Positions 1 to 8,862 of a stretch of 57,448 bases of DNA are shown here, piece after piece (the stretch's first letter is position 1; every line of letters begins with the position of its first letter). A model generated the notes under the pieces. The model ran no database searches and was not told the origin of the DNA. It was given only the letters and a program-made list of their open reading frames with translations. Location: the NCBI GenBank assembly GCA_039933825.1, contig JBDTNJ010000392.1:1-57448 (forward strand), in the 5' to 3' direction. Position numbers and translations under genes: made by a program. The stretch is from Luteolibacter sp. GTDB taxonomy: Bacteria; Verrucomicrobiota; Verrucomicrobiia; Verrucomicrobiales; Akkermansiaceae.

Positions 1-1360
1 TAGAGAGAGCCTTTGTCCGGAACGGCATTGGCATCGCGTTCCATCATGAGCACGTGTCCGGAGAGAATTTCCCTGTCGTCGATCGGGTCGATGTGTTTTT
101 GATCCAGCAACTCGACCCGCTGTCTGCTGGAAGACATGCCGATGGCGAGCCGGTGTTTCGCGCCCACACGCGACACATCGAGCAGGACCGATTCGTTCAG
201 ATAGATGCGGTTGAAGATGATCTGCTGCTCCGTGATCATGGCGGAGATCCGGGCGAAGACCTCGTCAGACACGAAGCGGCGGACTGAAGCCGGGTTGCGG
301 GTGGCTAGCGATGTCATGATTTGCATGAACGCGTTGCTGGCCTTGTCTTCGGCAAGCTGAGTGGAGAAATCCGGGCATTCCGGGGTGAGCTCGGCGATCG
401 ATGCCGGGAGTTGTGGGGAAACGAGCGGAGCCACGCTGGAGCAGAGGCCGTAATCGCCTTGTTGCGTGATTTCGGCGAGCACCCAGTCGAATTCGCCGCT
501 GTTTACCATGACCTGGCAATACGGGCATTTGCACAACTCGCCCATGTCTTTTGGCAGGGCCGCTCCACAAGATGGGCAGTTGGTGTTGCTAAAGATATCG
601 CAATCGGAGTTTCCCATGCCGCATTTGCGGATGAATGACCAGTATTCCACGAACGCATCGTTTCCTTCCGTGTCGAGGGAATGGTCGAGTTCACAGACGA
701 AGGCATCGTGCATGAATGCCTCGACATAAACATCTATCACCTCGAAGGGGCCATCGCGGCGGGCGGACACGGGTTTCAATCGGGTGATTTGGACCTGATC
801 GATGTGGTTGTGTTGTTTCAGCAGCCCCATCATGTGGAACTGGGTGGCAAAGCGCTGATACATCCCGTCCGAGATAAACTGGCGAATGGGTGATAGATTT
901 TGTGCCGACCACGCCGCTTGGATTTGCAAGAATGCTGAGCGGACTTTGATGTTGAACGCAGCGATGTCGAACTCCGGGTTCGCGGTAAGGAAAGTGGAGA
1001 TACTATCACCATCGATTTCTGGTTCTTCCTGCTCCGCGACAGCCCCGGACGAGCCGGTATTTCTGTTATACAGAATCACGATCACCACGATCACGGCCAC
1101 GATAAAGATGAGGGAGAAGGGGAATCCACCGGGGGAGCCGCCGCCTGAGGATCCACCATGACTGTGATAATGAGACGAGGAGCTAGCATGCCCACTGCTG
1201 GCATGCCCACTGCTGGAATGGCCACCGCTGGAATGGCCACCGCTGCTATGCCCACCGGCTCCCCCGCACGCGCGGACAGGCGAGTGAGAAAGCCGAGAGT
1301 GAGCCAAAAGAACGCGCTAAGTCGTGCTTCGAAGTAGATAGAGATGGGCCGGAGATTCAT
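1..1360 (-). CDS. Tim44-like domain / zinc-ribbon membrane protein; runs off the window; apparent frameshift at 1261-1265
   Basis: Open minus frame from ~1262 to base 1 (missing from the ORF track): GGHSS repeats, TM segment FPFSLIFIVAVIVVIVIL, Tim44-like AFLQIQAAWSAQNLSPIRQFISDGMYQRF...EYWSFIR, CPSCGA...CPYC ribbon, second Tim44-like repeat. The ATG at 1360 and its signal-like N-terminus are in another frame. Confidence 0.75.
1186..1260 (-). repeat. Five imperfect 15-bp tandem repeats encoding a (G/S)GH(S/A)S linker
   Basis: gcatgcccactgctg x2, gaatggccaccgctg x2, ctatgcccaccggct. Confidence 0.9.
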
Positions 1361-1540
1361 GGAATGAAGATTGGCTTCGAAACGGTGAAGAGTGTCCTTG
1401 GATTCAAGGGACCCTCATGATTCTCTAGCATTTTCAGACTCTTCGGACTTTTCCGGGCTCGGTTCACCGGTTGGCTCATAGCCGCAGGTTGGCTTAAGCT
1501 GAGCCAGGCCAGCAAAGGCCTGACTTCCCAAAACAGCTCA

Positions 1541-3796
1541 TCAGCGGGTCTTGAAATGAATGCTCGAGCGCAACACCGTGCCTTCGCGGCGGCTGTGAAC
1601 GGTGAGCCTATCCAGATCGCTGAGTGACTTAATGGCCGCTAGGGCGTTCTTCTTTTGCGCTTGGGTGAACGGCTTACCCATCAGCGCCTCGGCATTTACA
1701 TCGACGATTTTGTAGGATTCATCGGCGAAGGTTTCAAGCGCCTTAAAATTCATGCTCAGCCACATTCCATCACGAGTCTCACCGCCGGCGGTGGCCTTTG
1801 CGATAAGATCAAGTGCCTGATTTTTCGAGGTGGATGCGGCGAACCATTGGTCACCCACGGTCACGGAGGGCAGGAAGTCGTCGTTGAAAAACGGCAGCGG
1901 GAAGAACCAAGTGGTCAGGCCGTTTTTCTCGGAACTGAGAGGTTTTTGCATCGGAATCTCCTGCCCGACCATTTCGCTCACTTTGGCGAGTATGCGGGTC
2001 GTGCCTGAATTCATTTTATCCCAAGAAGCGGCGAGTTTCGCACGGTCGGCGACCGGCCGGATCATCGAGATACGTGGTACTTTCGCCTTATCCACGACCC
2101 CTTGCGGGATGCCTGGGACTGCGGGAGCGGAGCCTTTGAGATCGACCACCAAAGCTCTTTCGCCACCAAAGCTTTTACCGAAATCGCCGTTGAAAGCATC
2201 CCAGAGGTCGACCGCATCCGTGCGGAACTTGCTATCAAACATCTTGGTCATTTCCTTGAATTTGATCATCTCCTTGTTTTCCATCGGCACTTCGGCGACT
2301 TTCATTGCCATCGCATAGGCCGTTTCTATCAATGATTCAAAATAGGCGCGGGCGTTTTCATCATAGGTGGCATCCACTGACATGTCGGCGAAAAGCACAA
2401 CATCCGGCGAGTCACCGAGATGGGCTAGTTTGTTAGCGGCTTTCCAATCGATGGCTCCACTATCCGACCCACCATAAGACTCGATCTTCAGGCCTTCCTC
2501 GAAGAAAGCGACAGTGCCGGTCGATTCGTGGCTGACAAGCTTGCGCAGGGCGGACTCACGCTCGGCGACGATTTGCAACATGGCTTCGAGGTCACGGGTA
2601 TCGCCGAGCCCTTCTGATCCTGAAAGCCCATCGCGCAGGCCATTTGTCATATCCGCCAGACCTCCGACAGAGGCATAGAGCGTGTCCAGCGCGGCCTTCT
2701 GGCCATAGACAAGTGCGGCGAGATCCTTGCCGGCGTAGGCATCCGAGAATGCCAGTGAATCGCCGGCGACTAACGAGTGGCCGGAATCGCTGGCGAAATT
2801 GAGATCATCAAGCGAACTACCGATAAACAGAAGAGCATAGTCCCCGATGGTGCCACTGAGGATCACGATATCCTTCTTGGCGAGGGCAGCGAGCAATTGA
2901 TCCACCGTGGCAGTTCCCAAAGTCTTATCCATATCATCACGTTCGGCAGCGATGTTCGCCGAAATTTTAGCGCCGGAGATCTTGAAGCCTTCGAATTTCT
3001 GACCTGCTTTTTCCACATCCACCGCAGTGGCCATTTCACCGAGCATTCCGAGATTGGCGATCAAGCCCGAGAGCTGCTGGAGAGCCTCCGCGCGCTGGGA
3101 TTCCTTGGCACGGAAGGCAAAATACATCGGGGGCACCTTGGCTTTCTCCAATAACGCAATTCCGGATTCCGGATCCTTGAGCAGATCGGTCGCAAGTTCC
3201 TTTCCGTAGCCGTTGGTGAACGCATGTTCGATGTCCTTGGCGTCGCCATTTTTCGCGGCGGCGACGAAAGCCTTGGCAATGCCACGGAATTGGAAATAGC
3301 TCACGCGACGGTTGAGAGTGAGCAAATTACCCACCTGTTCTCCGGCCGATTTGCCCATTGCGATTGAAAATTCGGTACCAAACAGCATCGCCGGGCCCAC
3401 CGGTTCTTCGGCTGGAGCGTCCGGCTTCCTAGCTTCTTCGATTTTCGGTTCGGTATCTTCGTCGTCGAGATCGACCATGCCGCCACCCATTTGTTTTTCG
3501 ATGAGTTTCCAAAGCTTGGAGGATTTCACGCGCTCAGCGGTTTTGGAGCCGTTGTAAAATGATACTACGCTCTCGGTGTCCTGCGGCAGATGCTTGGCGA
3601 AGCCGAGCTTGGCAGCGCGTTCTTCGGCGCTCATGGCCGGCGCTTTCGGTGGCACGGCGGGAGCAGGAACCAGCTTGACAGGCGCCTCCGCAACGGCTGC
3701 AGGGGCCGCAGGGGCTTGCGCTTCTTCTTTTTTCTTACAGGCCCCGAGGCCCACGGCCAGAACGGGGATGATCAGCCAAGTCGCTCGATTTTTCAT
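1541..3796 (-). CDS. Large lipoprotein of unknown function (751 aa)
   Basis: Long ORF; signal peptide with lipobox LGAC followed by KKKEE and a Pro/Ala linker. Confidence 0.85.
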   Translation of the reverse strand: MKNRATWLIIPVLAVGLGACKKKEEAQAPAAPAAVAEAPVKLVPAPAVPPKAPAMSAEERAAKLGFAKHLPQDTESVVSFYNGSKTAERVKSSKLWKLIEKQMGGGMVDLDDEDTEPKIEEARKPDAPAEEPVGPAMLFGTEFSIAMGKSAGEQVGNLLTLNRRVSYFQFRGIAKAFVAAAKNGDAKDIEHAFTNGYGKELATDLLKDPESGIALLEKAKVPPMYFAFRAKESQRAEALQQLSGLIANLGMLGEMATAVDVEKAGQKFEGFKISGAKISANIAAERDDMDKTLGTATVDQLLAALAKKDIVILSGTIGDYALLFIGSSLDDLNFASDSGHSLVAGDSLAFSDAYAGKDLAALVYGQKAALDTLYASVGGLADMTNGLRDGLSGSEGLGDTRDLEAMLQIVAERESALRKLVSHESTGTVAFFEEGLKIESYGGSDSGAIDWKAANKLAHLGDSPDVVLFADMSVDATYDENARAYFESLIETAYAMAMKVAEVPMENKEMIKFKEMTKMFDSKFRTDAVDLWDAFNGDFGKSFGGERALVVDLKGSAPAVPGIPQGVVDKAKVPRISMIRPVADRAKLAASWDKMNSGTTRILAKVSEMVGQEIPMQKPLSSEKNGLTTWFFPLPFFNDDFLPSVTVGDQWFAASTSKNQALDLIAKATAGGETRDGMWLSMNFKALETFADESYKIVDVNAEALMGKPFTQAQKKNALAAIKSLSDLDRLTVHSRREGTVLRSSIHFKTR

Positions 3797-3903
3797 AGAG
3801 GCCGAAAACTAGAATCTCCCGGTGGTGTCTAGCAAGCAGATTGGCCGAAATTCGACAAACTTTCAGATCCTTTGCACATCCGAGTTGCGGGAAACGCCAG
3901 TCT

Positions 3904-4938
3904 ATGACTCTTTACCTCAGCCCCACGACCATGGCAGCCAGCACCACTCAGCCACCCCGCAGCGATCTTTTCCCCTTCGAACTCGTCCGCCCTGAGCTGG
4001 AGCGGGTGGAAATCGCCATCCGCGAGCAAGTCCGCGGCTTCGATCCCGCCGTCGAGCCCTACGTCGCCTATATTTGCAATACGTCAGGAAAACGCATCCG
4101 CCCTGCACTCGCCATCCTGATCGGCGGTGCCGCTGGCGGCGTGACGGACGACCATTTGAAAATCGGCGTCATCCTCGAGCTCATCCACATGGCCACGCTC
4201 GTCCACGACGATATCATGGATGGTGCCAACACCCGCCGCATGGTGCCTACCGCCAACGCGAAATGGGGCAACGCCCTTTCCGTCCTGCTCGGAGACGCAC
4301 TCTTCTCCCACGCCCTCACTCTCGCCACCGATTTCAACAGCATCGATATCTGCCGCAAGGTCGGCAATGCCGCGCGCGAAGTCTGCCAAGGGGAAATCAT
4401 CCAGACACAACGTCGTTTCGATCTCACCTTCACCAAGGCCGATTACTTCCGGGTGATCGAAATGAAAACCGGCGCACTCTTTGCCGCAGCCACAGGACTG
4501 GCGGGAAATCTCTCCGACCTGGATGCGGCGACTGAAGCGCGCCTTGCCAGTTACGGCATGAAACTCGGCACAGCCTATCAGATTTACGACGACTGCCTCG
4601 ATCTTGTCGGCTCGGAAGAAGTGGTTGGAAAAACTCTCCGCACCGATCTCATCAAGGGCAAGCTCACCCTACCGATCCTTAATCTGCTGGAAACCGCTTC
4701 CGAAGCCCAGCGCATCAAGCTCAACAAGCGCATCCTCGATCAGGAACCACTCGATCTGCCGGTCCTGCTAGGAATCGCCGAATACGAGGGAGCCATCGAA
4801 AGTGCGGTGGACACCGCGCTCGCTCTCCTCGCGGAAAGCCGGGAAGACCTAGCTCCGCTTGGGAAATCCATCCACTCGGATGCGCTCGCCCAGATCACCT
4901 GGTTCCTCGCGGGGCTCTTAGAAAAGTGCAGGCGCTGA
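3904..4938 (+). CDS. Polyprenyl diphosphate synthase (IspB/HepT family); start 3904 or 3931
   Basis: GKRIRP, LVHDDIMD...RR, QGE, KTG and QIYDDCLD motifs. Confidence 0.92.
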   Translation: MTLYLSPTTMAASTTQPPRSDLFPFELVRPELERVEIAIREQVRGFDPAVEPYVAYICNTSGKRIRPALAILIGGAAGGVTDDHLKIGVILELIHMATLVHDDIMDGANTRRMVPTANAKWGNALSVLLGDALFSHALTLATDFNSIDICRKVGNAAREVCQGEIIQTQRRFDLTFTKADYFRVIEMKTGALFAAATGLAGNLSDLDAATEARLASYGMKLGTAYQIYDDCLDLVGSEEVVGKTLRTDLIKGKLTLPILNLLETASEAQRIKLNKRILDQEPLDLPVLLGIAEYEGAIESAVDTALALLAESREDLAPLGKSIHSDALAQITWFLAGLLEKCRR

Positions 4939-4977
4939 AAATAGGTCCTACACGACTTATAAGACCTATCTCTTCCC

Positions 4978-6264
4978 ATGACCACCCCACGCAAGCTCCT
5001 CATCATTGGCGGTGGATTCGCTGGACTGGAATGTGCCACCCAGCTCGCCAATGACGAGCGCTTCGAGATCACCTTGGTTGATCGCACGAACCACCATCTG
5101 TTCCAACCTCTTCTCTATCAAGTGGCCTCGGCCTCGCTCGCCGCGCCGGACATCGCACGCTCCATCCGCCAAATCCTCGCCGATGCGAAAAACGTCACTG
5201 TCCTGATGGACGAAATTTCCGCCATCGATCCTGCGGCAAACACCGCGACCGGCGGCTCCGGCATTGTCTATTCCTACGACACCCTGCTGCTCGCAGCCGG
5301 TGCCCGCACCGGCTACTTCGGCCACGATGAATGGGCGAAAAACAGTCTCGGACTCAAGTCTCTCGCAGACTCCCAGAACATCCGCCGCACCGTTCTATCT
5401 AATCTTGAACTTGCGGAACTCACCACCGATCCCGCCGAGCGCACCCGCCTCATGACCATCGCCATCGTCGGCGGTGGGCCCACCGGCGTCGAGCTGGCGG
5501 GAGCCTTTGCGGATCTCGCACACCGCTGCCTGAAATCGAATTTCCGCAGGATCGATATGGACCAGCTCCGGATCATCCTCATCGAAGGCTCCGAGCTCAT
5601 TCTAGAAACCTTCGATCCCGAACAAAGCCTTTACGCCCGCCAGCGCTTGGAAAAGCTCGGCGTCGAGCTGAGAAACAACACCCGTGTCATCGATGTTCGC
5701 CCCGGCGCACTGGATTTCAAAGACGGCACCACCCTCGAAGCCGCCGCCATCATCTGGGCTGCCGGCGTCGCCGCAAGTCCTCTCACCGCCTCCCTTGGCG
5801 TTCCTTTGGATCGCGGCGGACGCATCACACCTCTACCCGATCTATCTGTCCCAGGCCATCCGAATATCTTCGTCGCGGGCGACCTCGTCAGCATGAAGGA
5901 TTGCGATGAAAAAACCGTCCCGGGTGTTGCTCCAGCAGCCACGCAAATGGGCCAGCACATCGCCAGAATCCTGATCAATGAGGCGGCCGGCAACCACACC
6001 CAACACCCGCCTTTCCGCTACCACGACAAAGGCATGATGGCGATCATCGGGAAAAATTACGCCGTCGTAAAAGCCGGCGGGATGCGACTGCAAGGGTTCA
6101 TCGCCTGGCTCGCGTGGCTGTTCATTCACATTATGTTTCTCATCGGCTTCCGTAACAAGCTCTCAGTCCTGCTAGGATGGGCCTACGCCTATCTTGTCAA
6201 CACTCCCGAGGCACGGATCATCGTCTATTCGCCTACTACCGCAACACCGGACAAGAAGCTCTAA
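4978..6264 (+). CDS. ndh: Type II NADH:quinone oxidoreductase
   Basis: GGGFAG, HLFQPLLYQVA, GGGPTGVELAG, AGD, C-terminal WLFIHIMFL helix. Confidence 0.92.
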   Translation: MTTPRKLLIIGGGFAGLECATQLANDERFEITLVDRTNHHLFQPLLYQVASASLAAPDIARSIRQILADAKNVTVLMDEISAIDPAANTATGGSGIVYSYDTLLLAAGARTGYFGHDEWAKNSLGLKSLADSQNIRRTVLSNLELAELTTDPAERTRLMTIAIVGGGPTGVELAGAFADLAHRCLKSNFRRIDMDQLRIILIEGSELILETFDPEQSLYARQRLEKLGVELRNNTRVIDVRPGALDFKDGTTLEAAAIIWAAGVAASPLTASLGVPLDRGGRITPLPDLSVPGHPNIFVAGDLVSMKDCDEKTVPGVAPAATQMGQHIARILINEAAGNHTQHPPFRYHDKGMMAIIGKNYAVVKAGGMRLQGFIAWLAWLFIHIMFLIGFRNKLSVLLGWAYAYLVNTPEARIIVYSPTTATPDKKL

Positions 6265-6470
6265 TAGTTTCGGCTTTCATGATAACATAATCGGGCAACG
6301 CAAGAGTTCTAACTCTGATAAACGCCCGACGCAAATCGAGCAGATCAAATGTACCCCCATCATGGGACAAATCATTCATGTGCGCTGAAGCTTGCAATCA
6401 CAAATCCATGATTGCTTTCACGAAACGAAATCGGCCAACTCACCGCCGGTTACCCTAAACAAACATCCCC

Positions 6471-7232
6471 ATGAGAAAACTGCCTGAAATCACTCTCGCC
6501 TTCTGGATCATGAAAATCTGCGCCACCACCCTAGGCGAAACGGCAGGCGATCTCCTTTCAATGACGATGCATGTGGGCTATGCGATCAGCACGCTGATCC
6601 TGATGGGAACCTTTTTGGTGACCGTGGTGTCCCAATTGATCTCGAAAAGTTATCACCCGTTTCTGTATTGGGCAGTGATCCTTTCCACGAGCACTGCGGG
6701 CACGACCATGTCCGACTACATGGACCGCACCCTCGGGCTGGGCTATGCGAAAGGCAGCGCGATATTGTTAGGGGTTCTTCTGGCGATCTTCGCTTACTGG
6801 CGCTCGACCGGCAGTTCACTCTCGGTGGAAAAAGTCCACACCCCGAAGGTGGAGATCCTCTATTGGACCGCGATCCTGTTCTCCAACACGTTGGGCACGG
6901 CACTAGGAGATTTTCTGGCCGATGATTCGGGCCTCGGTTTTGCAGGTGGCGCGATGCTGATCGGTGTATTGTTAGCACTGGTGATGGCCGCTACATTTAT
7001 CACGAATATTTCGAAGGTGCTGCTTTTCTGGATCGCCTTCGTCCTCACTCGACCATTCGGTGCCACACTCGGTGATGTGCTGACAAAATCGAAGGAAAAG
7101 GGAGGCGTGGGTTTCGGAACCATCGGCTCATCCGCCGTCTTGGGCGGTGTTTTGGTGGCGCTGGTGCTGATTGAAAAGTGGAGGCACAAGAATGTGCCTA
7201 CGGAGCCGGAAGTCATCGCGCAGGAGATATAA
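6471..7232 (+). CDS. Membrane protein, DUF347/COG4705 type
   Basis: FWIMKICATTLGETAGD, repeated GT..D units, FWIAFVLTRPFGATLGD. Confidence 0.85.
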   Translation: MRKLPEITLAFWIMKICATTLGETAGDLLSMTMHVGYAISTLILMGTFLVTVVSQLISKSYHPFLYWAVILSTSTAGTTMSDYMDRTLGLGYAKGSAILLGVLLAIFAYWRSTGSSLSVEKVHTPKVEILYWTAILFSNTLGTALGDFLADDSGLGFAGGAMLIGVLLALVMAATFITNISKVLLFWIAFVLTRPFGATLGDVLTKSKEKGGVGFGTIGSSAVLGGVLVALVLIEKWRHKNVPTEPEVIAQEI

Positions 7233-7367
7233 ACGGCGGAGGAAATTACCTTCGTTCCGAACCTAAAATCGAATGGTCTGATTTACACCACTTCAATCCG
7301 GGCTTTTAGTTTCACCATGAATCTTCCCATCAATAAGCTCTATCTTTCAAACGTTCATCCCCGAAGA

Positions 7368-8822
7368 TCACATTTCCAACAGAAGGCGCGCCGGGGCTTC
7401 GAGACAATCCTTGATGCGGATGAGGAAGGTGACCGCTTCTTTGCCATCGACAATCCGGTGGTCGTAGCTGAGAGCGAGATACATCATCGGCCGGATGACA
7501 ACCTGACCATTGAGCGCGACAGGGCGTTGTTGGATGGTGTGCATCCCGAGGATGCCGCTCTGGGGCGGATTGAGGATCGGAGTGCTAAGGAGGGAACCGT
7601 AGGTACCGCCGTTTGAAATGGTGAAGACGCCGCCGGATAGATCCTCGATGGTGATTTTGCCGTCCTTGGCTTTTTTCGCGTAGTCGAGGATGTCCTGTTC
7701 GATCCGGGCGAAGGATTTTTTATCCGCATCACGCAGCACGGGAACCATCAAGCCCTTGTCCGTGCCGATGGCAACGCCGATATCGTAGAAGTGATTTTCA
7801 ATAATATCAGTGCCATCGATGCGGCCATTAACCGAGGGCACGTCTTTGAGGGCTTGCGCCACGGCCTTCACGAAAAACGACATGAAGCCAAGCTTCACTC
7901 CATGCTTTTTTATGAACTCCTCCTGAACCGCCTTACGCAGATCCATCACGGCGGACATGTCCACCTCGTTGAAAGTCGTTAGGATGGCGGCCGTCTGCTG
8001 GGCATTGACGAGATGCGTTGCGATCTTGCGGCGCATCATCGACATTTTCCTGCGCGTGGTGCGGCCATCGGCAACCGCTTCGGTCGAAACGCGCTCGACG
8101 AGAGCTGTAGGAGCAGTGAAATCAGGTTTCACCGAAGCGGTTGGAGCGGCTGGAGCGGCAACCGGTGCCGGGGATGAGGCGGGAGCCGAAATCGGAGCGG
8201 CGACTGGAACTGCCACCGCAGCAGGGGCTGTTACAGGACTTGCAGGCGCGGCGCTTCCGGCAGAGACGCTGGAATCAATAGTGGCGATAATCGCACCGAT
8301 GGCGACTTCATCGCCCTCAGGTGTAATTACTTTCAAACGTCCGGATACGGGTGCTTCGAGTTCGTTGGAAACCTTGTCGGTTTCGAGAGTGACGAGCACT
8401 TCACCAGCGGTGACGAATTCCCCGGTGTTTTTCCGCCACTTCGCGACGTTTGCAGAGGTGATGGATTCACCGGATGCGGGCACCTTCAATTCGACGAGGC
8501 CACCGGAACCCTGAGCAGGAGCGGAAGTCGTTACGGGAGCTGGAGCAGCCGGGGCAGCGGCAGGAGCTGCTGGACCTGCGGGTGCGACACCACCGGTGAT
8601 GCGGGCGATCAGGGTCCCGATTGCGACTTCCTCACCTTCGCCGACGAGGATTTCAAGCGTGCCATCTGCGGCTGCTTCGAGTTCGTTAGAAACCTTGTCC
8701 GTTTCAAGCGTGACGAGTATATCGCCTTTGACAACCGGATCACCGTTTTTTTTATGCCAGCGGGCGACATTGGCGGAAGTGATGGATTCGCCGGAGGAAG
8801 GAACTTTGACGTCGAGTGACAT
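7368..8822 (-). CDS. sucB: 2-oxoglutarate dehydrogenase E2 (dihydrolipoyl succinyltransferase) with two lipoyl domains
   Basis: Two [10 protein letters not shown] lipoyl motifs; [29 protein letters not shown]. Confidence 0.96.
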   Translation of the reverse strand: MSLDVKVPSSGESITSANVARWHKKNGDPVVKGDILVTLETDKVSNELEAAADGTLEILVGEGEEVAIGTLIARITGGVAPAGPAAPAAAPAAPAPVTTSAPAQGSGGLVELKVPASGESITSANVAKWRKNTGEFVTAGEVLVTLETDKVSNELEAPVSGRLKVITPEGDEVAIGAIIATIDSSVSAGSAAPASPVTAPAAVAVPVAAPISAPASSPAPVAAPAAPTASVKPDFTAPTALVERVSTEAVADGRTTRRKMSMMRRKIATHLVNAQQTAAILTTFNEVDMSAVMDLRKAVQEEFIKKHGVKLGFMSFFVKAVAQALKDVPSVNGRIDGTDIIENHFYDIGVAIGTDKGLMVPVLRDADKKSFARIEQDILDYAKKAKDGKITIEDLSGGVFTISNGGTYGSLLSTPILNPPQSGILGMHTIQQRPVALNGQVVIRPMMYLALSYDHRIVDGKEAVTFLIRIKDCLEAPARLLLEM

Positions 8823-8862
8823 GAGTAGAGCGATTGAGAGTTTGGAGGGACGTTAGATAGGA

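Noticed and set aside
1091-1360. 89-aa ORF with AVAIP/AVGMP repeats as an independent gene
   Set aside because: It is the out-of-frame read-through of the Tim44-like gene after the G-tract; the repeats make sense as GGHSS in the other frame
1470-1525. Small hairpins downstream of the lipoprotein gene as an ncRNA
   Set aside because: Short GC stems without a second copy or other support; at most a transcript-end structure
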